A stretch of 47,147 nucleotides of DNA from Rhizobiaceae bacterium (GTDB lineage Bacteria; Pseudomonadota; Alphaproteobacteria; Rhizobiales; Rhizobiaceae), in the NCBI GenBank assembly GCA_020696915.1, contig JAJFMR010000001.1, forward strand, positions 1 through 47,147, read 5' to 3'. Shown here one piece after another: positions 28,713 to 37,636 of the stretch. Within the stretch, counting starts at the first letter, position 1; each line of letters opens with the position of its first letter. The notes under the pieces are model-generated. The model searched no databases and was not told where the DNA came from. It saw only the letters and a program-made list of their open reading frames with translations. The position numbers were made by a program, and so were the translations under genes.

Positions 28713-30485
28713 ATGGTCGACATCACACAGAGCGGGGCCGAACACGTCCCGCCAGCCGAGGTCGGCGAAGTCGATCTTTATCATCCGCACAGCTGGTGGA
28801 CGAAATACGTCTTTTCCCAGGACGCCAAGGTGATCGCCATCCAGTATTCGGGAACTGCGATCGCCATCGGCATGGTGGCGCTGGTCCTTTCCTGGCTGAT
28901 GCGGCTGCAACTCGGTTTTCCAGGGACCTTCGATTTCATCACCCCGGAGGCCTATTACCAGTTCATCACCATGCACGGCATGATTATGGTGGTCTATCTG
29001 CTGACGGCTCTGTTTCTGGGCGGCTTCGGGAACTACCTCATCCCGCTCATGGTGGGCGCCCGCGACATGGTCTTTCCCTACGTCAACATGCTGAGCTACT
29101 GGATCTACCTGCTTGCCGTGCTGGTGCTTGTCGCCAGCTTCTTCGCGCCGGGCGGTCCGACCGGCGCCGGCTGGACGCTGTACCCGCCGCAGGCGATCAT
29201 GACTGGAACGCCCGGCGGCCAGGACGCCGGCATAGTCCTGATGCTCGTCTCGCTGGCGCTGTTCATCATCGGCTTCACCATGGGCGGCCTGAACTATGTG
29301 GTGACGGTGCTGCAGGGCCGCACCCGCGGCATGACGCTGATGCGCATGCCGCTCACCGTCTGGGGCATCTTCACCGCCACCGTGATGGCGCTCCTGGCCT
29401 TCCCGGCCCTGTTCGTCGCCTGCATCATGATGCTCTTCGACCGGCTTCTCGGGACTTCGTTCTTCATGCCGTCCATCGTCGAGGCCGGCGAACAGCTCGC
29501 CTATGGCGGCGGCAGCCCGATCCTGTTCCAGCACCTGTTCTGGTTCTTCGGCCACCCCGAGGTCTACATCGTGGCGCTGCCGGCCTTCGGCATCGTCTCC
29601 GACCTGATCAGCACGCACGCCCGCAAGAACATCTTCGGCTACCGCATGATGGTGTGGGCGATCGTCGGCATCGGCGCGCTCTCCTTCATCGTCTGGGCGC
29701 ACCACATGTATGTCAGCGGCATGCATCCCTATTTCGGGTTCTTCTTCGCCACGACGACGTTGATCATCGCCGTCCCGACGGCGATCAAGGTCTACAACTG
29801 GGTCCTGACGCTCTGGCGCGGCGACATTCACCTGACCATTCCGATGCTGTTTGCGCTGGCCTTCATCGTCACCTTCGTCAATGGCGGACTGACCGGCCTG
29901 TTCCTCGGCAACGTGGTCGTCGACGTGCCGCTCTCCGACACCATGTTCGTGGTCGCCCACTTCCACATGGTGATGGGTGTCGCGCCGATCCTCGTCATCT
30001 TCGGCGCGATCTATCACTGGTATCCGAAGATGACCGGCCGGCTGCTCGACGAGACGCTTGGCAGGTTCCATTTCTGGGTGACCTTCGTCGGTGCCTATCT
30101 CATCTTCTTCCCGATGCATTATGTCGGGCTGATGGGCGTGCCGCGCCGCTACTCGGAACTCGGCGACATGTCGCTCCTCACCGACTCGGCGCATTCACTC
30201 AACGCCTTCATCAGCATCATGGCGTTCATCGTCGGCTTTGCGCAGCTCGTCTTCCTGTTCAACCTGATCTGGAGCATTCGGCACGGCAAGGACGCCGGGC
30301 CAAATCCGTGGCGGGCCACGTCTCTCGAATGGCAGACGGCCGAGACGCCGCCGACGCACGGCAATTTCGGGAAGGAGCTGCCGGTCGTCTATCGCTGGGC
30401 CTACGACTACAGCGTGCCGGGGGCAAAGGAGGACTTCATTCCCCAGAACGAGCCGGGGACCTACCCGGCGGCCCGGGGCCACTGA
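28713..30485 (+). CDS. coxN: cytochrome c oxidase subunit I (heme-copper oxidase), CoxN-type
   Basis: 590 aa. Signature motifs WFFGHPEVYI, WAHHMY and VAHFHMV. ATG 28713 is preceded by GGAG (28701-28704). Confidence 0.95.
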   Translation: MVDITQSGAEHVPPAEVGEVDLYHPHSWWTKYVFSQDAKVIAIQYSGTAIAIGMVALVLSWLMRLQLGFPGTFDFITPEAYYQFITMHGMIMVVYLLTALFLGGFGNYLIPLMVGARDMVFPYVNMLSYWIYLLAVLVLVASFFAPGGPTGAGWTLYPPQAIMTGTPGGQDAGIVLMLVSLALFIIGFTMGGLNYVVTVLQGRTRGMTLMRMPLTVWGIFTATVMALLAFPALFVACIMMLFDRLLGTSFFMPSIVEAGEQLAYGGGSPILFQHLFWFFGHPEVYIVALPAFGIVSDLISTHARKNIFGYRMMVWAIVGIGALSFIVWAHHMYVSGMHPYFGFFFATTTLIIAVPTAIKVYNWVLTLWRGDIHLTIPMLFALAFIVTFVNGGLTGLFLGNVVVDVPLSDTMFVVAHFHMVMGVAPILVIFGAIYHWYPKMTGRLLDETLGRFHFWVTFVGAYLIFFPMHYVGLMGVPRRYSELGDMSLLTDSAHSLNAFISIMAFIVGFAQLVFLFNLIWSIRHGKDAGPNPWRATSLEWQTAETPPTHGNFGKELPVVYRWAYDYSVPGAKEDFIPQNEPGTYPAARGH

Positions 30486-31189
30486 TGAGCATCGTTCTCG
30501 GCTTCATGGCGGTGGTCGTCGGAATCGCTGCGTGGTGGCTGTCGCAGCAGCGGCTGATGGCCAAGCCGTGGCTCGAGACGGGCAACGTCGACGCCTATCC
30601 CCGCACCGAATCGGGAAGCATGCCGCCTGCCAAGATCGGCATGGGCGTGTTCCTGGCCGTCGTCGGATCGCTGTTCGCGCTGTTCACCAGCGCCTATTTC
30701 ATGCGCATGGGATTTACGGATTGGCGCTCGCTGCCGGTGCCGCGCATCCTGTGGCTGAACACCTTCATCCTCGTGCTTTCGAGCGTCGCGCTGCACTGCG
30801 CGGTGCTGGCCGCCCGCAACAGGCGCGACGACCTGGTCCGCCTGGCTCTGGTGACAGGTGGGATGACCGCCTTCGCCTTTCTGATCGGCCAATGGCTGGC
30901 ATGGCGCGAGTTGACGGCCTCGGGGCATTTCCTGACGGCCAATCCGGCCAACAGCTTTTTCTACCTGATAACCGGCATGCACGGGCTGCACATACTGGGC
31001 GGGCTGGTCGGGCTCGGAACGGTCACGGCGCGGGCCTGGCGGGGCGCAGCCGCCGACCGGCTGCGACTCGGGGTCGAGCTCTGTGCCATGTACTGGCATT
31101 TCCTGCTCTTCGTCTGGCTCTTCGTCTTCGTCATACTGGCCGGCTGGGCGGAAGGCTTCATAGAGATTTGCCGCGCGTTGCTGACCTAG
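30485..31189 (+). CDS. coxO: cytochrome c oxidase subunit III-like protein (first of two), CoxO-type
   Basis: 234 aa and polytopic. Subunit III family features: YFMRMG, ITGMHGLHILGG, YWHFLLFVWLFVF. The ATG shares one nucleotide with the coxN stop (TGATG). Confidence 0.8.
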   Translation: MSIVLGFMAVVVGIAAWWLSQQRLMAKPWLETGNVDAYPRTESGSMPPAKIGMGVFLAVVGSLFALFTSAYFMRMGFTDWRSLPVPRILWLNTFILVLSSVALHCAVLAARNRRDDLVRLALVTGGMTAFAFLIGQWLAWRELTASGHFLTANPANSFFYLITGMHGLHILGGLVGLGTVTARAWRGAAADRLRLGVELCAMYWHFLLFVWLFVFVILAGWAEGFIEICRALLT

Positions 31190-31201
31190 AAAGGACCGGG
31201 C

Positions 31202-31924
31202 ATGGCAGAAACCACAATGACCGCAGGCAGCCCCCTCGATGCGCGGCCCGACGGATTGCAGGGCGTCGTCGCGGATTGGTCGTCCGACCAGAGGGCGTTC
31301 AAGAACGTCTCCTGGGGGAAGGCCATGATGTGGATATTCCTTCTGTCGGACACCTTCATCTTCGGCTGTTTCCTGCTTTCCTACATGACGGCGCGGATGT
31401 CGACGCGCGTTCCGTGGCCGAATGCGAGCGAGGTCTTCGCGCTGCATATCGGCGGCGCCAACGTGCCGCTGATCCTCATCGCCATCATGACCTTCGTGCT
31501 CATCTCCTCGAGCGGCACGATGGCCATGGCGGTGATGTTCGGCTACCGCCGCGACCGCCGAAAGACCGCCGCGCTGATGCTGCTCACGGCCGTCCTCGGC
31601 GCCACCTTTGTGGGCATGCAGGCTTTCGAATGGACGAAGCTGATCAGCGAGGGCGTGCGGCCCTGGGGCAACCCATGGGGCGCGGCCCAGTTCGGCTCCT
31701 CCTTTTTCATGATCACCGGCTTCCACGGCACCCATGTGACGATCGGCGTCATCTTCCTCATCATTGTCGCCAGGAAGGTCTGGCGCGGCGATTACGACAC
31801 CGGTGCCCGCGGTTTCTTCACCAGCCGCCGCGGCAATTACGAGAGCATCGAGATCATGGGCCTCTACTGGCATTTCGTCGATCTCGTCTGGGTATTCATC
31901 TTCGCTTTCTTCTATCTGTGGTGA
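31202..31924 (+). CDS. coxP: cytochrome c oxidase subunit III (second copy), CoxP-type
   Basis: 240 aa. Subunit III motifs: MWIFLLSDTFIFG, MITGFHGTHVTIG, LYWHFVDLVWVFIF. Confidence 0.85.
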   Translation: MAETTMTAGSPLDARPDGLQGVVADWSSDQRAFKNVSWGKAMMWIFLLSDTFIFGCFLLSYMTARMSTRVPWPNASEVFALHIGGANVPLILIAIMTFVLISSSGTMAMAVMFGYRRDRRKTAALMLLTAVLGATFVGMQAFEWTKLISEGVRPWGNPWGAAQFGSSFFMITGFHGTHVTIGVIFLIIVARKVWRGDYDTGARGFFTSRRGNYESIEIMGLYWHFVDLVWVFIFAFFYLW

Positions 31925-31933
31925 GGACGAGAC

Positions 31934-32329
31934 ATGGCTGAAGCAACCGCCCACGGACATGCGGGTCATGGCGTCGGAGACCATCACGGTGCCGCGGCCC
32001 CCGTCGTACACGCCGACGCGCATCAGGAGCATCCAATCAAACTCTACCTGGTGGTCTGGGGATGGCTGTTCATCCTCAGCGCCGGCTCCTATTTCGTCGA
32101 CTATGTAGGCCTCGAGGGATATCTGCGCTGGACCCTGATCCTGCTTTTCATGGTCCTGAAGGCCGGGCTGATCGTCGCCGTCTTCATGCACATGGCCTGG
32201 GAGCGGCTGGCAATCGTCTATGCGATCCTGCTGCCGCCGGTCCTGGTTCTGGTTTTCGTGGTCATGATGGCGCTCGAGTCCGACTATACTCTATGGATGC
32301 GGACGACCTTCTTCGGCGCGCTCTCCTGA
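31934..32329 (+). CDS. prokaryotic cytochrome c oxidase subunit IV family protein
   Basis: 131 aa. The N-terminus is His-rich (AHGHAGHGVGDHHG...HADAHQEH) and is followed by three TM helices. Its position directly after the subunit III genes fits. Confidence 0.75.
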   Translation: MAEATAHGHAGHGVGDHHGAAAPVVHADAHQEHPIKLYLVVWGWLFILSAGSYFVDYVGLEGYLRWTLILLFMVLKAGLIVAVFMHMAWERLAIVYAILLPPVLVLVFVVMMALESDYTLWMRTTFFGALS

Positions 32330-32835
32330 GCCTGAAGCAACTCGCAATGTGCGCGGCGGTTTTGAGGCCGTGACATCGTCGGAATCGAAATGCGGCAGCT
32401 TGCAGGGCATACGCCAGCCTCGATGCCGGAGCGGCGGCGTCCCACCCTCCTTCATCGCGCCACAGTGCGCGATGCCTCGTGGACTCCCGCGAGTTTGGGA
32501 AAAGCGGACATGCTCCAGGGGGCGAACCTTCAGCGGCAGGCGCTGAACAGGACTCGCTCGCCGCTGCAGATCCTGCGTCGCATCGGAATTGATCCGAAAG
32601 CTCGGTTGTGCTTTTCGCTCCGGTGCATCGGCAATTCCCGTCGCGACGACTTGAAGCCCCGGGCCGATGATCCATTTTCACCTTGATGCGGCATGGTTGG
32701 CGTGCCTGTGCACGCCGGTTTGCGATCTGCCGCGCCGCCCGCGTCGCACGGCACGAGCGCCTTCCCGCTGACGCTCCCATTCCGGCTCGCGCCGGGAACA
32801 GCAGGCGTTGCGGCTGAACCTCGAAGGATCAGACA

Positions 32836-33309
32836 ATGACCATTTCCAGCACATTGAGAGACTATATCGAGCAGAAGGGCACCCCCTACGAGACCGTCCC
32901 CCACCATCGCACGGCGACCACCCGTCAGTCGGCACTGGCGGCACATGTCCCCGGCAGCCAGATGGCCAAGTCGGTGGTCGTCCATCACGGCTCGGGCTAT
33001 GCTCTCGCCGTACTGCCCAGCACTCACCGGGTCGAACTCGCGACGTTGCAGGACATACTGGACAAGCCGCTTGGCCTCGCCTCCGAAGACGAGGTCGCGT
33101 CGCTGTTTCAGGATTGCGACGTCGGCGCCGTGCCGCCGATCGGTGCGGCTTTCGATGTGCCGGTGGTGATCGACGAGAGCCTCGCCGACGGCGCCGACAT
33201 CTATTTCGAAGGCGGCGACCATCGAACCCTGGTGCATGTCAGCGGGCGCGATTTCCGCAATCTGACGAGCGGTGCCCAGGTGGCGCGCTTCAGCCACCCG
33301 GCCGTGTGA
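32836..33309 (+). CDS. YbaK/EbsC/ProX-type aminoacyl-tRNA deacylase domain protein
   Basis: 157 aa. GAAGGA SD upstream. Pattern: AKSVVV....GYALAVLPS...V.L..L, VGAVPPIG and IYFEGGDH, as in YbaK-associated domains. Confidence 0.75.
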   Translation: MTISSTLRDYIEQKGTPYETVPHHRTATTRQSALAAHVPGSQMAKSVVVHHGSGYALAVLPSTHRVELATLQDILDKPLGLASEDEVASLFQDCDVGAVPPIGAAFDVPVVIDESLADGADIYFEGGDHRTLVHVSGRDFRNLTSGAQVARFSHPAV

Positions 33310-33369
33310 GCCGGCGTTCCGCCTTGCCGGTAATATGGCGAAAGTGCGCCGGCCGCAGTCAGTGAGCCG

Positions 33370-34191
33370 CTATCCGACGGGAACGCTGTCGTGGGGCGCC
33401 GGTACCACGACCTTGCGGTAGACATGCCATGTTGCATGGCCAAGCACCGGCAGAACGATGGCCAGTCCCGCAAACAGCGGCAACGTGCCGAGGATCATCA
33501 GCGCCGCCACGATGAGGCCCCACACGGCCATGGGCAGCGGATTGACGAGGACCGACCGCACGGAGGCATGGATTGCCTCATAGGCACCGACATCGCGGTC
33601 GAGCAGCAGCGGGAATGCGATCACCGTGGTGGTGAGCGCCACCGCGGCGAAAACGAAACCGATCGCGTGGCCTATCACGATGAGCGACCAGCCGCGGCCG
33701 GTCGCGAATATCTGGTTGATGAATCCGGATAGCGACTGTGGCGGCTCCGGTCCGAACAATTGCTGGTAGAAAGCCTGGGCGGTCAGCAGCCAGACGAGAA
33801 ACAGGACGAGAAGGAAGCCGCCGACCGCCGCGATGGCCGGCAGTGCAGGCGAGTTCCTGACTTCGAAAGCGTGTGACCAGGATGTGTCGAGCCCGGCCTC
33901 CCGCCGGCGGCTGATCTCATAGAGGCCGAGTGCTGCGAAAGGCCCGATCAGCGCGAAGCCGGAAGCCAGCGGAAACAGCAGCGGCAGGGCATTGGCGCCG
34001 GACGTCCAGGCGGCGAGCACGATCCCGGCGATTGGATATATCAGGCACAGGAACACGATGTGCGACGGCCTGACCATGAAATCGTCGATCCCGCGCCGCA
34101 GGGCATCGATGAGGTCGGAAACGCCTATCCGCCGCACTTCGATGTGCTCCGCGGTTTCGCCGGCGCCCGCAAGGACGTGAAAGCCTGCCAT
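33370..34191 (-). CDS. DUF2189 domain-containing integral membrane protein
   Basis: 273 aa. From memory it fits the DUF2189 pattern (IEVRRIGVSDLIDALRRGIDDF, LLFPLASGFALIGPFAALGLYEISRRRE), followed by several TM helices. ATG 34191 is preceded by GAGGAG. Confidence 0.75.
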   Translation of the reverse strand: MAGFHVLAGAGETAEHIEVRRIGVSDLIDALRRGIDDFMVRPSHIVFLCLIYPIAGIVLAAWTSGANALPLLFPLASGFALIGPFAALGLYEISRRREAGLDTSWSHAFEVRNSPALPAIAAVGGFLLVLFLVWLLTAQAFYQQLFGPEPPQSLSGFINQIFATGRGWSLIVIGHAIGFVFAAVALTTTVIAFPLLLDRDVGAYEAIHASVRSVLVNPLPMAVWGLIVAALMILGTLPLFAGLAIVLPVLGHATWHVYRKVVVPAPHDSVPVG

Positions 34192-34368
34192 GACCACTCC
34201 TCTTGGTTCAGGACTGGCCGCAATATCCTGCGCGGGGCTGGCCACGCAGAAACGCGACCTCACGCCCCGAACATACCCAATCACTCGCCATTTCCCAACA
34301 GGATTCGCGGCCGCTGCAGCGGGCGAGCGGCGGCCTCAGGCGAGGCAACCAGGCTCGGCCTTCCGCAG

Positions 34369-34968
34369 TCAGCAAACACCCTGCCGCGCCAGTCCTGGCG
34401 GGCAGCCCTTGTTGCCTCGCCCCCGAATTCTCGGTCCGTCGTCGTCGGCCCTGCGCCGCACGCGGTCACCTGAATCGCGGAATGTGCTGCGCGCTCGATC
34501 GCGCCTGTCGTAGCGGTCATCATCCCAGTCAAGGTCATCGTCACGCCACGACCAGTCGCCGAGTTCCCAGCTGCGGGCCCAGCGGGGTCGATCGCGATAC
34601 CAGTATCGGTCCGAATACCAGCGGTCCCAGTAGCTGCCGAAGTGAAAGCTGATGATCGGCAGGCCAACGATGGCGCCGTATTCCGGCACGAGAACCCGAC
34701 GGCCCCGGTAGAGCTGCTCGAGGTAGCGGCCGCTGACCCAGCCGCGCTCGCCGCGCCAGCTGGTATCGCACCAGCTCCATCCGTCGAGGCAGCCATAGAC
34801 GGTCACCGTTACTCCTTCCGGCAACACCGCGACTCGTGGAAATCGCGTGCTCGGGCCGGCCCGCATGTTTACATCGGCGATCGTGAAGGCATTCGCGGCC
34901 GCCGCAACGCCGGGCGCACATAGAGCCCCAAGGATTGCCGCGACAGCCAGGAAACGAGTCATGCGCAT
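34369..34968 (-). CDS. secreted bacterial SH3 (SH3b) domain protein with a Trp/Asp/Arg-rich tail
   Basis: Signal peptide MRMTRFLAVAAILGALCAPGVAAA. SH3b pattern: VNMRAGPSTRFPRVAVLPEGVTVTVYGCLDGWSWCDTSW.G..GWV. The C-terminal half is rich in W, D and R. Confidence 0.75.
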   Translation of the reverse strand: MRMTRFLAVAAILGALCAPGVAAAANAFTIADVNMRAGPSTRFPRVAVLPEGVTVTVYGCLDGWSWCDTSWRGERGWVSGRYLEQLYRGRRVLVPEYGAIVGLPIISFHFGSYWDRWYSDRYWYRDRPRWARSWELGDWSWRDDDLDWDDDRYDRRDRARSTFRDSGDRVRRRADDDGPRIRGRGNKGCPPGLARQGVC

Positions 34969-35087
34969 GCTAATGCTCCGTCCAAACCGTCCCTTGCCGA
35001 CCACAACTCAAGGCGGCGCCGGAAGGTTCCTGACGCCCTGTCGCAATGGTCGGCAAGGCCGAATTCTGCCACCCGCTGGCCTTTTAC

Positions 35088-35375
35088 CTAAAAGTCGAAG
35101 ATGTCGTCGAGCAGCGATTTCCGCTTCTTGTAAGGGCGTTGGGAGTATCGCCGGTCGTCATCATCGTATCGCGGGCGGTCGGGCTCGCGTGAAGGATCCG
35201 GCTCGCGTGAACGACCGGCCTGCTGGGCCCCGGTCTCTTCCGGCGTTGCCCGTTCGATGATCTTGTCGAGTTCGCCGCGGTCGAGCCAGACGCCCCGGCA
35301 CTTGGGGCAATAGTCGATCTCGATTCCATGACGTTCGCTCATGGCGAGATCGCTTCCGTCCAGAGGACACTTCAT
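35088..35375 (-). CDS. TFIIB-type zinc-ribbon (zf-TFIIB) domain protein
   Basis: 95 aa: MKCPLDGSDL.....GIEIDYCPKCRGVWLDRGELDKI, plus a basic C-terminus ending KKRKSLLDDIFDF. AGGAG SD upstream. The ORF is open to 35450. Confidence 0.8.
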   Translation of the reverse strand: MKCPLDGSDLAMSERHGIEIDYCPKCRGVWLDRGELDKIIERATPEETGAQQAGRSREPDPSREPDRPRYDDDDRRYSQRPYKKRKSLLDDIFDF

Positions 35376-35615
35376 GGCTGCACTCCTGTTTGGTTTTCGC
35401 CATATGTGTCCGATGCCGGCGCCGATCAAGCATCGGGCACTTGCATTCACGCGCCGGCTTCAATGCCGCCTGCCGACATGGTGCTCAGCCGCACTTGGCG
35501 CCCTGGAACTCAGGACCGTTGCCGAAAGACAACGCGTCGACAAAGTGTTATTCAGTTGCTGCTGCAGAGGGGCTGCCGCCAAAATCGTTGAATTCCCCGC
35601 CAGACCGGAGCTTTC

Positions 35616-36356
35616 GTGTCCGACCCGTCCAGCAACATGCTCATCAGAAAGCTGGAGAGCGTCGCCACGCTCGATGCCGGGCTCAGATCCGCGATCGAGG
35701 CGCTGCCGATCCACGTCGCCGAGCTGAAGACGGACACGCTGCTGATCCGCGAGGGCGACCGGCCGACCCGCTCCTGCATTCTCATGGAGGGGTTCGTCTG
35801 CTGGTTCAAGGTGTCGGGAGAGGGCAAGCGCCAGATACTCTCCTTCCATGTTCCGGGCGACATGCCGGACATGCAGAGCCTGCACCTCAGCGTCATGGAC
35901 ACCAGCCTTGGCACGATTACGCCTTGCCGCGTTGCGTTCATCCCGCACAGGGCTCTGCTCGACCTCTGCGAACAGCATCCAAGGATCTCCCACGCCCTGT
36001 GGCGAACCACGCTGATCGACGCCGCGGTGTTTCGCGAGTGGGTGATGAACATCGGCGGACGCCCCGCCTATGGCCGCATCGCGCATCTCTTGTGCGAATT
36101 GGTAGTTCGCCTGCGGGCCGTCGGTCTCACCGACGGGTACTCCTGCGACCTGCCGATCACCCAGTCGGAGATCGCCGATGCGTCGGGCCTGTCGACCGTC
36201 CATGTGAACCGGACGCTCCAGGACCTGCGGGCAAACCGGCTGATAAGCCTGAAAGGGACCTATCTCGACGTTCTCGACTGGAAAGGCCTGAAGGAAGCGG
36301 GAGATTTCGATCCGGCCTACCTGCATCTCCACGATAGGCCGGCCGGCCTCACCTGA
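35616..36356 (+). CDS. Crp/Fnr family transcriptional regulator (no N-terminal Cys cluster)
   Basis: 246 aa. cNMP-binding-like beta-barrel (LLIREGDRPTRSCILMEGFV) and a C-terminal HTH (ITQSEIADASGLSTVHVNRTLQDLRANRLI). GTG start is preceded by GGAG. Confidence 0.9.
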   Translation: MSDPSSNMLIRKLESVATLDAGLRSAIEALPIHVAELKTDTLLIREGDRPTRSCILMEGFVCWFKVSGEGKRQILSFHVPGDMPDMQSLHLSVMDTSLGTITPCRVAFIPHRALLDLCEQHPRISHALWRTTLIDAAVFREWVMNIGGRPAYGRIAHLLCELVVRLRAVGLTDGYSCDLPITQSEIADASGLSTVHVNRTLQDLRANRLISLKGTYLDVLDWKGLKEAGDFDPAYLHLHDRPAGLT

Positions 36357-36392
36357 GCTGAGAATAGGATGCGCTGCCGCGGGCGGCGCCTC

Positions 36393-36662
36393 TCATCGGT
36401 GCTGGCCGATCCAGTTGCAAAGCTCGATCAGCGCATGCTCCCGCCCCGCGCGCGGGTCGTCGCACACACTGTTCAGACGCCGTCTCTTTTCCGCCTCGAG
36501 GCTCGCGAGGTAGGCCGAAATCTCCGCATCCGACCTCAGTTGCCGCCCGTCTTCGGTGAAGAACTGACGGGCCGGTGCGGCCAGGTCGCCCCCATTCTGC
36601 GCCATTGCGCTGTCCGAGAGCGCGAACACCAGCAACATCGAAACTGCGAAAAGCCGGCTCAT
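36393..36662 (-). CDS. small secreted hypothetical protein (89 aa, two Cys)
   Basis: Signal peptide MSRLFAVSMLLVFALSDSAMA. A strong GGAGGA SD lies 8 nt upstream of ATG 36662. I recognise no family. Confidence 0.6.
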   Translation of the reverse strand: MSRLFAVSMLLVFALSDSAMAQNGGDLAAPARQFFTEDGRQLRSDAEISAYLASLEAEKRRRLNSVCDDPRAGREHALIELCNWIGQHR

Positions 36663-36815
36663 TGATGGTTTCCTCCGCGGCACAAGGCCATCGACTTCAA
36701 AGCATGCGCTCGCATGGATGTTCCTCCGCCAGCCGGCGCTGCCGCGGCCCGATCTCATGCGAGGCGTGCGACGCGGCCGGTGCAAGCGCTGGATGCTTCT
36801 CCATGGGAACCGGTC

Positions 36816-37256
36816 CTATCTGGCGAAGACGGTGAGCGACCCATCGGCCTCGACATTGGCAGCAACGATATCCGACACTGCAACCGAGTTGGCGTCAAGC
36901 TCCGCTTTCAACGCCATATTGCCCTCTATTGCCTTCTGGAGGGCCTCTATGTCGGCCTGGTTTTCCGCGACGGCCGTCTCAAGAGCCTGTGCATCGGTGC
37001 CGCCGACCAGGTCGGTGATGCGCACCACTTCGACCTCGCTCACGCTGGACATGCTGTCTATGGCCCCGACATTGGTCTTTCCCGCACGGATGGCAGCTAG
37101 CACGGTCTCGAAATCGGCTGCGGCGCCGGTGCTTGCAGTCAGGCCCGGATCCGTGGTCGCCGTTGCACCTCCAGGCGCGGGCGGTGCGTCCTGGGCAAAG
37201 GCGGGAGCCGCCAAGGCCGACGCAGCCAGAAATGCGGTCGCAAACAAACGCTTCAT
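36816..37256 (-). CDS. secreted hypothetical protein (146 aa)
   Basis: Signal peptide MKRLFATAFLAASALAAPAFA, a Pro/Thr/Ala linker, then two similar segments (..VGAIDSMSSVSEVEVVRITDLVGG.. and ..ANSVAVSDIVAANVEADGSLTVFA). GGGAGAGAG SD upstream of ATG 37256. Confidence 0.6.
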   Translation of the reverse strand: MKRLFATAFLAASALAAPAFAQDAPPAPGGATATTDPGLTASTGAAADFETVLAAIRAGKTNVGAIDSMSSVSEVEVVRITDLVGGTDAQALETAVAENQADIEALQKAIEGNMALKAELDANSVAVSDIVAANVEADGSLTVFAR

Positions 37257-37468
37257 CGCTCTCTCCCGGGCAGGGTGAATGGAGGGAAACGGCGCAAGCT
37301 GCGGGTCCGTTCCACGCCAGGGCAGACCGGGCGCTCTATTTCGAGCGAGCGGGGGGCCCTTCCGATGGTGCCGAGGCGCTGCGGAGCAGGACATCCACAC
37401 AATACGACAGCCCGGCAGACAGGTGAGCCACGTCGCGGACTTTCGTCAGATCGTCGAATATGGGAATT

Positions 37469-37553
37469 TGGTGCCCAGAAGAGGACTCGAACCTCCACGC
37501 CTCGCGGCACACGGACCTGAACCGTGCGCGTCTACCAATTCCGCCATCTGGGC
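37469..37553 (-). tRNA. tRNA-Leu (anticodon CAG), class II with long variable arm, CCA encoded
   Basis: The minus-strand sequence GCCCAGATGGCGGAATTGGTAGACGCGCACGGTTCAGGTCCGTGTGCCGCGAGGCGTGGAGGTTCGAGTCCTCTTCTGGGCACCA folds as a cloverleaf. Acceptor stem GCCCAGA/TCTGGGC, anticodon stem CACGG/CCGTG with loop TTCAGGT, variable arm GCC-GCGA-GGC, T-loop TTCGAGT. Confidence 0.95.
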
Positions 37554-37636
37554 TGGTGGGCGCTGATGTAAGCGGGCGCGGCTGCACTGTCAACCGAGCT
37601 TGTCGAGCGGAATTTCACGCGGCTCCCGGCGCCGGA

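Noticed and set aside
32545-32556. GAACAGGACTCG matches the T-arm segment of tRNA-Leu (GAAGAGGACTCG, 37478-37489) at 11/12 positions in direct orientation. This could be an att-site remnant delimiting a ~4.9-kb island (32.5-37.5 kb).
   Set aside because: The match is short and does not extend to the tRNA 3' end. It was found post hoc, no integrase or excisionase is present, and DUF2189 and ybaK-like genes look like ordinary chromosomal neighbours of the cox cluster. It is kept only as something that synteny comparison could test.
32262-32780. ORFs 32262..32780 (-), 32390..32686 (+) and 32349..32546 (+) inside the post-cox gap
   Set aside because: The translations are Arg/Cys/Ser-rich with no hydrophobic core pattern, no SD and no motif. 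I treat the region as non-coding.
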